From contig SXWA01000004.1 of the NCBI GenBank assembly GCA_005791575.1, positions 1 to 61,811 of the forward strand: a stretch of 61,811 nucleotides of DNA. Direction: 5' to 3'. The position numbers were made by a program, and so were the translations under genes. Source of the DNA: Planctomycetaceae bacterium (GTDB lineage: Bacteria > Planctomycetota > Planctomycetia > Pirellulales > UBA1268). How positions within the stretch are numbered: the first letter of the stretch is position 1; each line of letters starts with the position of its first letter. Below the pieces are notes generated by a model that saw only the letters and a list, made by a program, of their open reading frames with translations, had not been told where the DNA came from and did not search any database. This document shows, one piece after another, positions 27,643 through 37,693 of this stretch.

Positions 27643-28911
27643 TCAGGGAGTCACGACCACGCCGGGATGGGCCGCGCGGAACGCCGCCCGGGCATCACCG
27701 TCGATCGGTGTGAAACTGACGTCGAGGGCGCGTAGCGCCGGAAGCCGCCCCACCGCCTCGAGGCCCGTTGCCGAGATCTTCGTGTTGGCGAGGTCGAGCG
27801 TGGCGAGCTTGCCGAGCCCCGCGAGGCGGGCAAGGCCGGCATCCGTCACGCGGGTGTTGCGCAGCACCAGCTTCGTGAGCGCACCGAGCCTGCCGACCGT
27901 CTCGAGCCCCTTGTCACCAACCTTCGTGTCCCAGAGGTCGAGGTCGGCGAGCTTGGCGAGGTCGCCGAGGTGGGCCACCCCCGCATCGCCCACACCGGTC
28001 TCCGCCAGGTCGAGGAGCACCAGGTTGGTGAGGCCGGCGACGTGCGCGAGCGCCGCATCGTCGATCAATGTCCCGCGCAGCTCCAGTCGCTTGAGCTTGC
28101 TCAGCCCCTTGAGGTGCGCGAGGCCGTCGGCACCGATGAACGTGCGCATGACGTTGATCTCGTCGATGTCGGTCTTGCCGGCGAATGGTGCCAGCCCCGC
28201 ATCGGTGATCTGGCCATCTTCGGCGGCGAAGCCCCGCAGCTTCGGCAACCGGGCGATCGCCGCCAGGCCGCGGTCGGTGACCCCGGGGCAACGGAGCTTC
28301 ACCCGTTCGAGACTCGCCATCCCCGCCACGTGCTCGAGCCCCGCATCCCCGACCAGCGAGCAGCCCCGGAGATCGAGCACCCGCAGCTTCGTCAGCGGCG
28401 CCAGATGGGCGAGCCCCGCGTCGGTGAAGTTGTTGTAGAGCAGCACCAGCTGCTGCAGCCCGGTCATCGTCGCCACGGTCTCGAGCGCGGCGTCGGAGAG
28501 GTTGGAACTGCGACGCAGATTGAGCACCTTGAGGTTCCGCAGTTTGGCGAGCGCGCGGATCCCGGCGTCGGTGACGTCGGTGTTCTCGAGGACCAACTGC
28601 TGCAGCCCTTCCAGCGACGCCAGGGCCGGCATCCCCCCGTCACCGATCTCCGCCCCCCAGACCTCGAGCGACTCCAGCGCCGGCAACTGCCGCAAAAGCA
28701 CCAGGTCGGCATCGGTGGCGGGCCGGTTGGCGAGGTCGACCTGGGTGACCCGTCCATCGGCGCCGTATTCCACGGTGCCGCCACGGGCCTTGACCATCTT
28801 CACCGCGGCAGTCTCGGCAGGGAGCGGCTCGAGTGCCCAGGCCGATCCAACCCGGCCGAACACCGTCAGTGCGACCGCAAGCACCCCACCCCAACCCACG
28901 ATGCACTTCAT
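27643..28911 (-). CDS. Secreted leucine-rich-repeat protein (~24-aa LRRs)
   Basis: Signal peptide, then repeated L..L.L..T.vtDaGl..La.L..L units. Confidence 0.92.
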   Translation of the reverse strand: MKCIVGWGGVLAVALTVFGRVGSAWALEPLPAETAAVKMVKARGGTVEYGADGRVTQVDLANRPATDADLVLLRQLPALESLEVWGAEIGDGGMPALASLEGLQQLVLENTDVTDAGIRALAKLRNLKVLNLRRSSNLSDAALETVATMTGLQQLVLLYNNFTDAGLAHLAPLTKLRVLDLRGCSLVGDAGLEHVAGMASLERVKLRCPGVTDRGLAAIARLPKLRGFAAEDGQITDAGLAPFAGKTDIDEINVMRTFIGADGLAHLKGLSKLKRLELRGTLIDDAALAHVAGLTNLVLLDLAETGVGDAGVAHLGDLAKLADLDLWDTKVGDKGLETVGRLGALTKLVLRNTRVTDAGLARLAGLGKLATLDLANTKISATGLEAVGRLPALRALDVSFTPIDGDARAAFRAAHPGVVVTP

Positions 28912-28957
28912 GCTCGACTCCTCGACCGACCGATCGCCTCTGGACACGCCGCGCGGC

Positions 28958-30373
28958 TCAGGCCTTCCAGCCGTCCCGGGCGGTCGGGCGGATGATCGAC
29001 TCGACCTCGGGCGCGTTCTTGGCGAGGAGCTTCACCGGATCCCACTCGATCTTCTTGCCCATCGTGTCTGGCGTCTCGGCGGCCCACACGGCAAGGTTGC
29101 CGAGGAGAATCGTCTCAGTCAGCGGACCGGAGTAGTCCGGGAAGTTGGACATCGGCTGCGGACCACCCTTGATGGCGTTGACCCACTCGATGAAGTGACC
29201 GGGCGACGGGGTGAACTCGGCGTCGGCGGGCGTGGTGCCGCTCTTCAGCTTGAAGCCCTTCTCGCAGTAGTCGCCGGGAGCATAGAGGGTGTCCTTCTCG
29301 CCGATGCAGAGGATGCCGCTCGAGGCCGTCTTGAAGGGCTGCGACTCCTCCTTGCCGTCGGCATCCTTCTTCACCTCGCCGGGGAAACCGGCGAACAGCC
29401 CCACGTCCGGCAGCTTGCCGCCGTCATACCACTTGACCTTCAACCCCGTCCGCTGCCCGATGGCGGGAAAGTCGAAGTCGATGATCGACCACTTGGGATA
29501 GGTCTCCTTGTTGTGCCCGCTGGTCAGAGCCTGGACGCTGGCGGGATCACGGAGATTGAGGGCCATGAACGGCATGTTGAAGGTGTGACAGGCCATGTCG
29601 CCGAGGGCCCCGGTGCCGAAGTCCCAGAAGCCGCGCCAGCTGAAGGGGTGATAGCCGGTGCCGTAGGGCCGGACCGGCGCCGGGCCGAGCCACAGGTTCC
29701 AATCGAGGTTCGGCGGTACCGCCGCCTCTTCGGGCCGCCCACCACCCTGCGGCCACACCGGCCGGTTGGTCCAGACGTGCAGTTCCTTGACCGCGCCCAG
29801 CCCGCCCGACTTGATGAATGCCGCCGCCTTCCGCAGCGAATTCTCGGCGGTGCCCTGATTGCCCATCTGCGTGGCGAGCTTCTTGGCGCGGGCCAGTTCG
29901 CCCATCAGCCGGGCCTCGGAGATCGCCCGGGTGAGGGGCTTCTGGCAGAAGCAGTGTTTGCCCATGCCCAACGCCATCATCGCGGCGGCGAAGTGGGTGT
30001 GGTCCGGCGTGCTGACGGTGACGGCATCGACTTCCTTGCCCATCTCTTCGAGCATCTTCCGGTAGTCCTGGAAGGTCTTCGCCCCCTCGAAGGCCTTCTC
30101 GCCACGCTTGAGTTGGTTGGAATCGACGTCAGCGACGGCCACGACCTTGCCGTTGCGGCCGGCGTCGGCCGAGTCGCTCTGCCCCTTGCCACCGATGCCG
30201 ATGCAGGCGAAGCGGATCTCGGAGTTGGCACTCGTGGCCGGCTTGTCCTCGGCCCGCACCTCGGGGGCGATCCACACGCCACCGGCGATGCCGGCGATCG
30301 ACCCGGCACCAGCGGCACCGACGGCGAGGAAGTCGCGGCGGGAGGTGTTGGAGGGGGAGCGACGCGTGGCCAT
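28958..30373 (-). CDS. Tat-exported Gfo/Idh/MocA oxidoreductase
   Basis: SRRDFL Tat motif, IGIGGKG, STPDHTH, CQKPL, GDMACH. Confidence 0.93.
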   Translation of the reverse strand: MATRRSPSNTSRRDFLAVGAAGAGSIAGIAGGVWIAPEVRAEDKPATSANSEIRFACIGIGGKGQSDSADAGRNGKVVAVADVDSNQLKRGEKAFEGAKTFQDYRKMLEEMGKEVDAVTVSTPDHTHFAAAMMALGMGKHCFCQKPLTRAISEARLMGELARAKKLATQMGNQGTAENSLRKAAAFIKSGGLGAVKELHVWTNRPVWPQGGGRPEEAAVPPNLDWNLWLGPAPVRPYGTGYHPFSWRGFWDFGTGALGDMACHTFNMPFMALNLRDPASVQALTSGHNKETYPKWSIIDFDFPAIGQRTGLKVKWYDGGKLPDVGLFAGFPGEVKKDADGKEESQPFKTASSGILCIGEKDTLYAPGDYCEKGFKLKSGTTPADAEFTPSPGHFIEWVNAIKGGPQPMSNFPDYSGPLTETILLGNLAVWAAETPDTMGKKIEWDPVKLLAKNAPEVESIIRPTARDGWKA

Positions 30374-30658
30374 GGAGGGATCTCCTGTGGGCGGGGCGGA
30401 AGGCCCCGGTCTCGTGGGGATGGAGGATCGGCGACGGGAAGCGTTCGGGAAAAGATGGCGATCAGGGATCGGACACGACCATCGGCGGGAATGACCTGAC
30501 CTGCGGAGGGCTCACACGCGCACCCACCCGGTTTCGGGACGACGTCGGGATGGACACCGCAGCGCCTCCAGCCGATCACCGAGCGGTGGATCATGATCAC
30601 CACCCCACAGGCGAGAGAATAGCCTCGGAGAAACGGCCGCCGCAACGGGCGGCCGGGC

Positions 30659-30721
30659 ATTGATCCTGCGATTGATCCTGCCGGGGACGTGCCTGCCGGG
30701 GACATGCCTGCCGGGGACATG
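30659..30721. repeat. Short tandem repeats (12 bp x 2, then 15 bp x 3)
   Basis: ATTGATCCTGC twice, followed by CCTGCCGGGGAC(G/A)TG three times. Confidence 0.8.
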
Positions 30722-30819
30722 GCACGCGCATCTCATCCCCGGATACCGGCCATCCCGGCATGCCGCCGACACCGGGATGCCGGACCGGCGACTCCGCAGA
30801 GAAGACTCCCCCATCAAAG

Positions 30820-30894
30820 GGTGGCTGACGGGACTCGAACCCGCGACCCCTAGAATCACAATCTAGTGCTCTAACCAACTGAGCTACAGCCACC
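30820..30894 (-). tRNA. tRNA-His(GUG)
   Basis: GGTGGCTGTAGCTCAGTTGGTTAGAGCA CTAGA-TT-GTG-AT-TCTAG ...GTTCGAGTCCCGTCAGCCACC; encoded G-1:C73 pair; CCA not encoded. Confidence 0.97.
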
Positions 30895-30990
30895 GTCTCG
30901 ACACCGCAGAACGGCAGGATTTTAGCAGGTTTCCCACTCCGGCGGCGCCGCTGGGATTATCCCGCGAAAAAAGCGTTTTCCAACCGCCCC

Positions 30991-31449
30991 TCACTCGCGC
31001 CGACGGGAATCGATCGGGATCGTGACCGGCCCGTCGTTGACCAGGCGGACCTGCATGTCGGCCCCGAAACGCCCACGGGGAACCGGCCTTTCGAGCTGCG
31101 CTTCCAGCGCGGCCAGGAACCGTTCGTAGAGCGGCACCGCCTCCTCGGGTCGGGCGGCGCCGAGGAAGCTCGGCCGGTTGCCCCGGGCGGTGCTGGCATG
31201 GAGCGTGAATTGGCTGACCACCAGCACGCCGCCACCGGTGTCGGTGACCGCACGGTTCATCAGCCCGGCGTCGTCGGGGAAGATCCGCAGCCGGGCGATC
31301 TTCCCGGCCAGCCACCCGACGTCGTCGTCGGTGTCGCCGGTCTCCACCCCGACGAGAACGAGCAATCCGGGACCGATCGCGGCGACGACCAGACCGTCGA
31401 TCACCACCGCGGCCTCACGCACCCGCTGGATCACCGCGCGCACCGTCAC
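30991..31449 (-). CDS. dtd: D-aminoacyl-tRNA deacylase
   Basis: RAVIQRV, LRIFPD, VSQFTL, GRFGADM, NDGPVT. Confidence 0.96.
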   Translation of the reverse strand: MTVRAVIQRVREAAVVIDGLVVAAIGPGLLVLVGVETGDTDDDVGWLAGKIARLRIFPDDAGLMNRAVTDTGGGVLVVSQFTLHASTARGNRPSFLGAARPEEAVPLYERFLAALEAQLERPVPRGRFGADMQVRLVNDGPVTIPIDSRRRE

Positions 31450-31466
31450 CTCCCCGTGGTCATGCC

Positions 31467-32810
31467 TCAGCCCGGTGTCGGTCCGGAGGCACTGCCGGCA
31501 TCCCCCGCGAGCCGGCGGCGGATCTCCGCCAGCCGCTCGCCGATCCGCTTCTCCTCGCCGCGGTCGGAAGGCTCGTAGTAGCGCTTCTCCACACCGAGGT
31601 AGTCCTGCGCCGCGATCGCGTCGGGCTCGTCCTGCGAATAGCGGTAGCCGGCGCCGCGGCCGAGGGCGCGGGCGGAAGCGGAGTGCCCGTCACGGAGGTG
31701 CCGCGGCACGGGGATGACCGCCTGCTCGCGCACGTCGTCCCGCGCGGCGGCGATCGCGGTGGTGCAGGCGTTGCTCTTGGGCGCCACCGCGAGGTAGGTC
31801 ACCGCCTGCGCGAGGGTCAGCTGACACTCCGGCAGGCCGACGAACTCGGTTGCCTGCATCGCCGCCACGGCCACCACGAGCGCCCGGGGGTCGGCATTGC
31901 CGACATCCTCGCTCGCGAGGATCACGAGCCGGCGGGTGAGGAACCGCACGTCCTCCCCCCCCTCGAGCATCCGCGCCAACCAGTAGAGCCCGGCGTCGGG
32001 ATCGCTGCCGCGGATGCTCTTGATGAGGGCACTGGCGCAGTCGTAGTGCGTGTCGCCGGCATCGTAGGCGACCACCTTCCGCTGGACGCTCTCCCGGGCG
32101 AGATCGATGCCGAACACCAGTGGCCGCACCGGCTCGGAGAGGACGCCGATCTCCAGGGCCCCCAGCGCCCGCCGCGCATCGCCGTCGGCGGTGGCGACGA
32201 GATGGTCGAGGGCCTCGTCGGTGATCGTGATCGGCTCGGTGCCGAGCCCGTGGTCGCGGTCGGCGAGCGCACGCCGGAGGATCGTCCGGATGTCGTCGGC
32301 GGTGAGCGGCTCGAGGGCGAAGAGGCGGCTCCGGCTGACCAGCGCCGTGGTGAGGGCGAAGGACGGATTCTGGGTCGTCGCCCCCACCAGCGCGACCACC
32401 CCCTGCTCGACGTCGGGCAGGAGCACGTCCTGCTGGGCCTTGTTTACGCGGTGTATCTCGTCGTTTAACAGGCTGGTGCGCTGGCCGTCGTCCTCGAGCC
32501 GCCGCCGCGCGCCATCGAGGACCTCGCGGACATCCTTCACGCCCGCCGCCGTGGCGGAGAGTTCGACGAACCGGCGGCGCGTCTCCCCGGCGATGATCTC
32601 CGCGAGCGTGGTCTTCCCCACCCCCGGCGGCCCATGGAGGATCACCGAGCCGAGCCGGTCGCTCTCGATGAGGCGCCGCAGCAACCGCCCCGGGCCGACG
32701 GCATGCCCCTGCCCGACATACTCGGCCAGCCGCCGCGGTCGCATCCGCGTCGCCAAGGGCACCGCCCGGGCGCGGTTGGCGGCGCGGGAGGCGGCGAAGA
32801 GATCGGCCAT
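31467..32810 (-). CDS. rarA: Replication-associated recombination protein A (RarA/MgsA)
   Basis: [49 protein letters not shown]. Confidence 0.95.
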   Translation of the reverse strand: MADLFAASRAANRARAVPLATRMRPRRLAEYVGQGHAVGPGRLLRRLIESDRLGSVILHGPPGVGKTTLAEIIAGETRRRFVELSATAAGVKDVREVLDGARRRLEDDGQRTSLLNDEIHRVNKAQQDVLLPDVEQGVVALVGATTQNPSFALTTALVSRSRLFALEPLTADDIRTILRRALADRDHGLGTEPITITDEALDHLVATADGDARRALGALEIGVLSEPVRPLVFGIDLARESVQRKVVAYDAGDTHYDCASALIKSIRGSDPDAGLYWLARMLEGGEDVRFLTRRLVILASEDVGNADPRALVVAVAAMQATEFVGLPECQLTLAQAVTYLAVAPKSNACTTAIAAARDDVREQAVIPVPRHLRDGHSASARALGRGAGYRYSQDEPDAIAAQDYLGVEKRYYEPSDRGEEKRIGERLAEIRRRLAGDAGSASGPTPG

Positions 32811-32827
32811 GGCAACCTCCCCGCGGG

Positions 32828-34540
32828 TCAGCGATTCCAGAGCCGCAGCCGACCGATCTGCAACTCGGTGATGCCCGCGGCACAGACCGTCAGCAGGCCG
32901 ACGATGGCCGCCACGTGCCAGGCGACCTCCGCCGGCCGAGCCACGAGCACCGCCATGTACCCGACCAGCGCGACGACGGTGGCCAGGCGCACCACCCCCG
33001 GCTCGAGCCAGAGGCCGGCCGCACAGACGAGCAGCGGATAGACGGCGACCAGGGGGCCGTTGGCCCCGTCCACCAGCCACAGCAGGCTGCTCACCATCAC
33101 GCCGTCGGTGAGCGCGAACAGTCTGGCGCCGGTTGCCCCGTCGGTGCGACCGATCCCCGGTTGCCCGTGGATGAAATCCATCCCTGGCCCTTGTCCACCC
33201 GGAGCCCCACCGTGGTCACCGACGCCGTGCTCCGCGCACCCCGTGCCCCTGGGGGCCTGACCACAGGCTGCCAGCCGTTCCCAGACGACCGCCAGCATCC
33301 CCCACACGGCCAGGCCGGCGAGCACCGGCGTGTAGAAGCCGACCGCGGCGGGATCGGCGAGGCAGCGGCCAATGATCACGGCCGCGGTGCCGCAGATGCC
33401 GATCAGGCGGAACCCGGCGGCGGGATGGCGGCGGACGAGCCGCACGAACCGGTGCCAGGCGTCCCCCCGGCCGGCCTGAAGCCGCTCACCGCGGAGGAAG
33501 GCTTCGAGGTCGTCGGCCAGCACCGCCGCCGATGGCGGCCTGCGGTCGGGGGATTTGTCGAGGCAGCGCAGGCAGAGCCCGGCGAGGTCGGCCGGCAGGC
33601 GCCGGTTCCACCGGCGCGGCGACACCGCATCGCGCTCGAGCACCTGGAGGAGCGTGGCCAGGCGCGTCCTCCCCGTGAACGGTGGACGACCGGCGAGCAG
33701 TTCGTAGAGGATCGCGCCCAGGGCATAGACATCGCACCGCGCGTCGACCGCCCCGCCGCCGCAGGCCTGCTCCGGTGCCATGTAGGCGGGGGTGCCGAGC
33801 ACCGTGCCCGTGGCGGTGGGATCCCCGTCGGCGCTGTCGTCGCGGGCGAGCCCGAAGTCGGTGATGAACGGGCGATCGGCGCCGTCGAGGAGGATGTTGC
33901 GCGGTTTGAGGTCGCGGTGGAGCACGCCGGCGGCGTGAAGATGATCCACCGCGCGGGCGACGTCGGCCACCAATTGCACCGCGACGGCGAGCGGGAGGGG
34001 ACCACGTGCCAGCCGCGCGCCCAAATCCTCGCCGACCACCAGATCCATGCAGTAGTAGAGCTGCCCCTGGTGCTCCCCCGCATCGTGGATGACCACGATC
34101 CGCGGATGGCGGATCCGGGCTGCCATCCGTGCCTCGGCGAGGAAGCGGCGGCGCTGGTCGTCGCTGGCCTGGGTGCCGCCGGCGAGGATCTTCAGGGCCA
34201 CGTCGCGGCCGAGCCCCGACTGCCGCGCCCGGTAGACAACCCCCATCCCGCCGCGACCGATTTCCCCGAGGATCTCGTAGGGACCAAAGCGCGTGCCGGT
34301 GGGCACCGCGGCGACGGCGGCAGCGGGGTTGTCCTCGAGCCCCGAGGCGAGCAGATCGAGGTCGCCGAGGCAGGCAGCCCACTCCCCGAGCCGGGGATGC
34401 GCTCGGCCCAGGCGATCCTGCTCGCGCGCGTCTCCGGCCTGCAACGCGGCCACGTAGCGGTCGAGGATCTCGGCGGCCGCCGGATCGGCGGCAGGCCCCT
34501 CTCCGGACTCGAGCGCACCGTCGTGCGCGGCGCCTCTCAC
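32828..34540 (-). CDS. Hanks-type Ser/Thr protein kinase with C-terminal multi-TM region
   Basis: GRGGMGVVY, VALKIL, HRDLKPRN, DFGLA, GTPAYMAPEQ. The GTG start overlaps the ECF stop (GTGA). Confidence 0.92.
   Translation of the reverse strand: MRGAAHDGALESGEGPAADPAAAEILDRYVAALQAGDAREQDRLGRAHPRLGEWAACLGDLDLLASGLEDNPAAAVAAVPTGTRFGPYEILGEIGRGGMGVVYRARQSGLGRDVALKILAGGTQASDDQRRRFLAEARMAARIRHPRIVVIHDAGEHQGQLYYCMDLVVGEDLGARLARGPLPLAVAVQLVADVARAVDHLHAAGVLHRDLKPRNILLDGADRPFITDFGLARDDSADGDPTATGTVLGTPAYMAPEQACGGGAVDARCDVYALGAILYELLAGRPPFTGRTRLATLLQVLERDAVSPRRWNRRLPADLAGLCLRCLDKSPDRRPPSAAVLADDLEAFLRGERLQAGRGDAWHRFVRLVRRHPAAGFRLIGICGTAAVIIGRCLADPAAVGFYTPVLAGLAVWGMLAVVWERLAACGQAPRGTGCAEHGVGDHGGAPGGQGPGMDFIHGQPGIGRTDGATGARLFALTDGVMVSSLLWLVDGANGPLVAVYPLLVCAAGLWLEPGVVRLATVVALVGYMAVLVARPAEVAWHVAAIVGLLTVCAAGITELQIGRLRLWNR
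33161..33270 (+). mobile_element. Degenerate MITE copy inside the kinase CDS
   Basis: GCCCGTGGATGAAATCCATCCCTGGCCCTTGTCCAC...CCACAGGCTG versus MITE GCCCGTGGCCAAAGTCCATCCATGGCCTTTGGCCAC...CCACAGCCTG. Confidence 0.65.
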
Positions 34541-35187
34541 AGCTGCCCCCCCTCCGCTCCGCGGGTCGTGCCCCGATCCTCGCCGAGCGTGCCGCGGAGA
34601 CTTTCCAGCGCTCTCATCCACAGCATCCGGCAGGCGCCCGCGGAGCGGTCCATCCGCCGCGCCACCTCCTCGAACGGCAGCCGCTCGATGTTGCGCAGCT
34701 CGATCACCCGGCGGTGATCCTCGGGAAGGCGATCGAGGGCGGCGGCGAGTTCCATCTCGCGTTCCCAGCGCAGGAGCCGCTGGCTCGGCGAGGAGCGGGA
34801 ATCGGTGACCGGACCGATGGCCGCCGCAGCCGAATCGACGTCGAGCGACCGCTCGCGGCCGGCGGCCCGGCGCGCCGCCACCCGATGGCCCCGCGCCGCG
34901 TCGAGGGCGTTGTGGGTGGCGATCCCGCGCAGCCATGCCAGCCACTGCGCCGGCGACTCCCCGGCGAACCGGTCGAACCCACGATGCGCTTCGAGGAGCG
35001 ACTGCTGGACGATGTCCGATGCGTCGACACGCGCCGCCAGCCCCCGTTGCAGGTGGCAGCGGGCCACCGTCGCCACGTAGCTGCGGCAGGCGGTGAAGAG
35101 CCGTTCACGGGCAGCGGCATCCCCCGACCGGGCGCGGGTAAGCCACTCGGCGATCGGACCGCTGGAGGAGAGGTCGCCGTCAGCCAT
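34537..35187 (-). CDS. ECF sigma factor (kinase-associated planctomycete type)
   Basis: ARSGDAAARERL, DASDIVQQS, WLRGIATH, LPEDHRRVIELR..E.LPFEEVARRM. Confidence 0.92.
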   Translation of the reverse strand: MADGDLSSSGPIAEWLTRARSGDAAARERLFTACRSYVATVARCHLQRGLAARVDASDIVQQSLLEAHRGFDRFAGESPAQWLAWLRGIATHNALDAARGHRVAARRAAGRERSLDVDSAAAAIGPVTDSRSSPSQRLLRWEREMELAAALDRLPEDHRRVIELRNIERLPFEEVARRMDRSAGACRMLWMRALESLRGTLGEDRGTTRGAEGGQL

Positions 35188-35222
35188 GGTCAGCACGCCC
35201 AGCGCACGAGGCCGGTGGGGTG

Positions 35223-35633
35223 TCAGCCCCGCCAGACGAACTCCACCGCGGCATCGATCCCGGCGGCGATGCTCCGGTGAACCGGACAGCCCAGCGCCGC
35301 CTGCTCGAGGAGTGCCCGTTGCGGATGGTCGGCCGGCAGTGGCACCGTGATCCGCGTTCGGAGGGCGGCGATCCGCCGCGGGGGATCGGTCGCCATCTCC
35401 TTGGTCGTCTCGGCGGTCATGCCGGCGAGATCGATCCCGTGCCGCTCGGCGGCGATCCCCATGATCGTCATCATGCAGGTGCTGAGTGACGTGGCCAGCA
35501 GATCGGTGGGCGAGAAACTCTCCCCCCGACCGTGGTTATCGACCGGGGCATCGGTGAGGAGGGTGGCGCCGGAGGGTTCGTGCACGGCCCGGCACCGCAA
35601 TCCGCCCTCGTAGGTAGTCGTCAACCGCACCAT
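35223..35633 (-). CDS. OsmC-family protein
   Basis: TDAPVDNHGRGESFSPTDLLA..L.TC and GCPVHRS. Confidence 0.92.
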   Translation of the reverse strand: MVRLTTTYEGGLRCRAVHEPSGATLLTDAPVDNHGRGESFSPTDLLATSLSTCMMTIMGIAAERHGIDLAGMTAETTKEMATDPPRRIAALRTRITVPLPADHPQRALLEQAALGCPVHRSIAAGIDAAVEFVWRG

Positions 35634-35747
35634 GAGCCTGCTCCCTCGGAATCCCACCCCCTGGTCCCGGCCGCAGCCGCCGGGACGACTATAACGATCG
35701 AGTGTACCGGCCACCGCGGTCGGCAGCGCCGCTGACGGGTGCCGACG

Positions 35748-37637
35748 ATGGGATTCCGCTCACTCCAGGACTGCGTGCGGGCCCTCGCGGCGGCCGGGGA
35801 ACTGGTCGCGATCGATCATCCGGTCGATCCACGGCTGGAGATCGCCGAGATCCAGCGACGGCTGTTCCGCAGCGGTGGGCCGGCCGTCCTCTTCCGCCAT
35901 CCCACGGGATCGGCATTCCCGATCCTCGTCAACCTCTACGGCACGCGCCGGCGCGTGGAACGGATCTTCGCCGACACCCTCGAACGGGTGCGCCGGCTGG
36001 TGGAACTGAAGATCGACCCCCAGGCGGCGCTGCAGCGGCCGTGGCGCTACTGGCGCGCCCCGCTCGACGCCCTGACGATGCTTCCGCGGAGCGTGCGCCG
36101 GGGCCCGGTGCTCACCCATGCGATCCCCCTCGACCACCTGCCGCAGGTGGTGTCGTGGCCCGGAGACGGCGGTCCCTTCGTCACCCTGCCGGCTGTCTAC
36201 ACCGAGGACCCGGCAGCCCCGGGCACGAAGCATTCGAACCTGGGGATGTACCGGGTCCAACTGGCGGGCCCGGCCTACGATCCACTCCACGAGGTGGGCC
36301 TCCACTACCAGTTGCACCGTGGCATCGGCATCCACCATCGCCGCGCACTCGATCGCGGCGAACCGCTGCGCGTGGTGATCACCGTGGGAGGTTCACCGGC
36401 GCTCGCGGTGGCGGCGATGATGCCGCTGCCGGAGGGGCTGTCGGAACTGACCTTCGCCGGGGCGCTGGCGGGCCACCGCATCCCGATGGTGCGGCGGCCG
36501 GGGCGGCCGGCCGTCTATGCCGACGCCGATTTCGCCATCGAGGGCACGATCCTCCCCGACACCAAGCCGGAGGGCCCGTTCGGCGACCACCTCGGCTACT
36601 ACGCCAGGCAGCATCATTTCCCCGCACTCCGCGTCGAACATGTCTGGCACCGGCCGGGCGCGATCTGGCCCGCCACGGTGGTGGGACGCCCCCCGCAGGA
36701 AGACACGCTCTTCGGCTGGCTCGTCCACGAACTCACCGGGCCGGTCATCCCCACCGTGCTGCCGGGGGTGTCGAGCGTGCATGCCGTCGATGCCGCCGGG
36801 GTCCACCCGCTGCTGTTGGCGGTGGGCAGCGAACGCTACCTCCCCTGGCGGCGCAGCGACCGACCGGCAGAACTACTCACCCAATCCGCCGCGATCCTCG
36901 GTCAGGGGCAGTTGTCGCTGGCGAAGTACCTGCTCATCGTCGACGGCCATGGTGCCCCGGGCCTCGACGCCCACGACGTCCCGGCGTTCCTCACCCATCT
37001 GCTCGAGCGCGTCGACTGGCGGCGCGACTGCCACTTCCACACCGAGACCACGATCGACACGCTCGACTACTCCGGGAGCGGCTTCAACGCCGGCAGCAAA
37101 CTGGTGGTTGCCGCCCGAGGGCCGGCCAGCCGCGAATTGCCGCGCGAACTGCCCGTCATGGTGCCGCTGCCGGCGGGATTCTCGACGCCGTGCGTCTGCC
37201 GGCCGGGCATCGTGGCCCTGCGCGGGCCGACGATCGAACCCCGCCCCGTGCTCGCCGCCCCCGACGAGGAATCAATCTGGCGATGCTCTGCGACTGCGGT
37301 CTGGAGCGCCGATATCGACCGCCTGACGGCGGCCATCGGCGCCGATCACCCGCTCCGCGGCTGGCCGTTGATCGTCGTCGTCGACGACGCGGAATTCACC
37401 GCTGCTCGTCTCGAGAACTTCCTCTGGGTGACCTTCACCCGGTCAAACCCCGCCGCCGACGTGCACGGCGTAGAGGCCGGCATCCGCAACAAGCACTGGG
37501 GCTGCCGTGGTCCACTGGTGATCGATGCCCGGCTCAAGCCCCACCACGCCCCGCCCGTCGAGGAGGACCCGGCGGTGACGGAGCGGGTCGACGCGCTGTG
37601 CGCGCGTGGCGGACCTTTGGCCGGGCTGTTGCCCTGA
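35748..37637 (+). CDS. UbiD-family (de)carboxylase (menaquinone-pathway type likely)
   Basis: NLGMYRVQ, EGPFGDHLGYY, VVGRPPQED, DTLDYSG. Confidence 0.9.
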   Translation: MGFRSLQDCVRALAAAGELVAIDHPVDPRLEIAEIQRRLFRSGGPAVLFRHPTGSAFPILVNLYGTRRRVERIFADTLERVRRLVELKIDPQAALQRPWRYWRAPLDALTMLPRSVRRGPVLTHAIPLDHLPQVVSWPGDGGPFVTLPAVYTEDPAAPGTKHSNLGMYRVQLAGPAYDPLHEVGLHYQLHRGIGIHHRRALDRGEPLRVVITVGGSPALAVAAMMPLPEGLSELTFAGALAGHRIPMVRRPGRPAVYADADFAIEGTILPDTKPEGPFGDHLGYYARQHHFPALRVEHVWHRPGAIWPATVVGRPPQEDTLFGWLVHELTGPVIPTVLPGVSSVHAVDAAGVHPLLLAVGSERYLPWRRSDRPAELLTQSAAILGQGQLSLAKYLLIVDGHGAPGLDAHDVPAFLTHLLERVDWRRDCHFHTETTIDTLDYSGSGFNAGSKLVVAARGPASRELPRELPVMVPLPAGFSTPCVCRPGIVALRGPTIEPRPVLAAPDEESIWRCSATAVWSADIDRLTAAIGADHPLRGWPLIVVVDDAEFTAARLENFLWVTFTRSNPAADVHGVEAGIRNKHWGCRGPLVIDARLKPHHAPPVEEDPAVTERVDALCARGGPLAGLLP

Positions 37638-37693
37638 GGGCTGGCCCGGTTTCGACAAGGGGCAGCAGGCGTGCGAACACCGCCGCGGAGCCA

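Noticed and set aside
27643-28911. NLR-like immune receptor
   Set aside because: It has LRRs and a signal peptide only, with no NTPase or effector domain. This is a common planctomycete LRR type.
30374-30819. Island or ncRNA downstream of tRNA-His
   Set aside because: No integrase, att duplication or recognisable RNA motif was seen, only short tandem repeats.
32438-32476. Diversity-generating retroelement variable region
   Set aside because: No reverse transcriptase or template repeat is present, the changes are not adenine-specific, and the target is a conserved ATPase motif.
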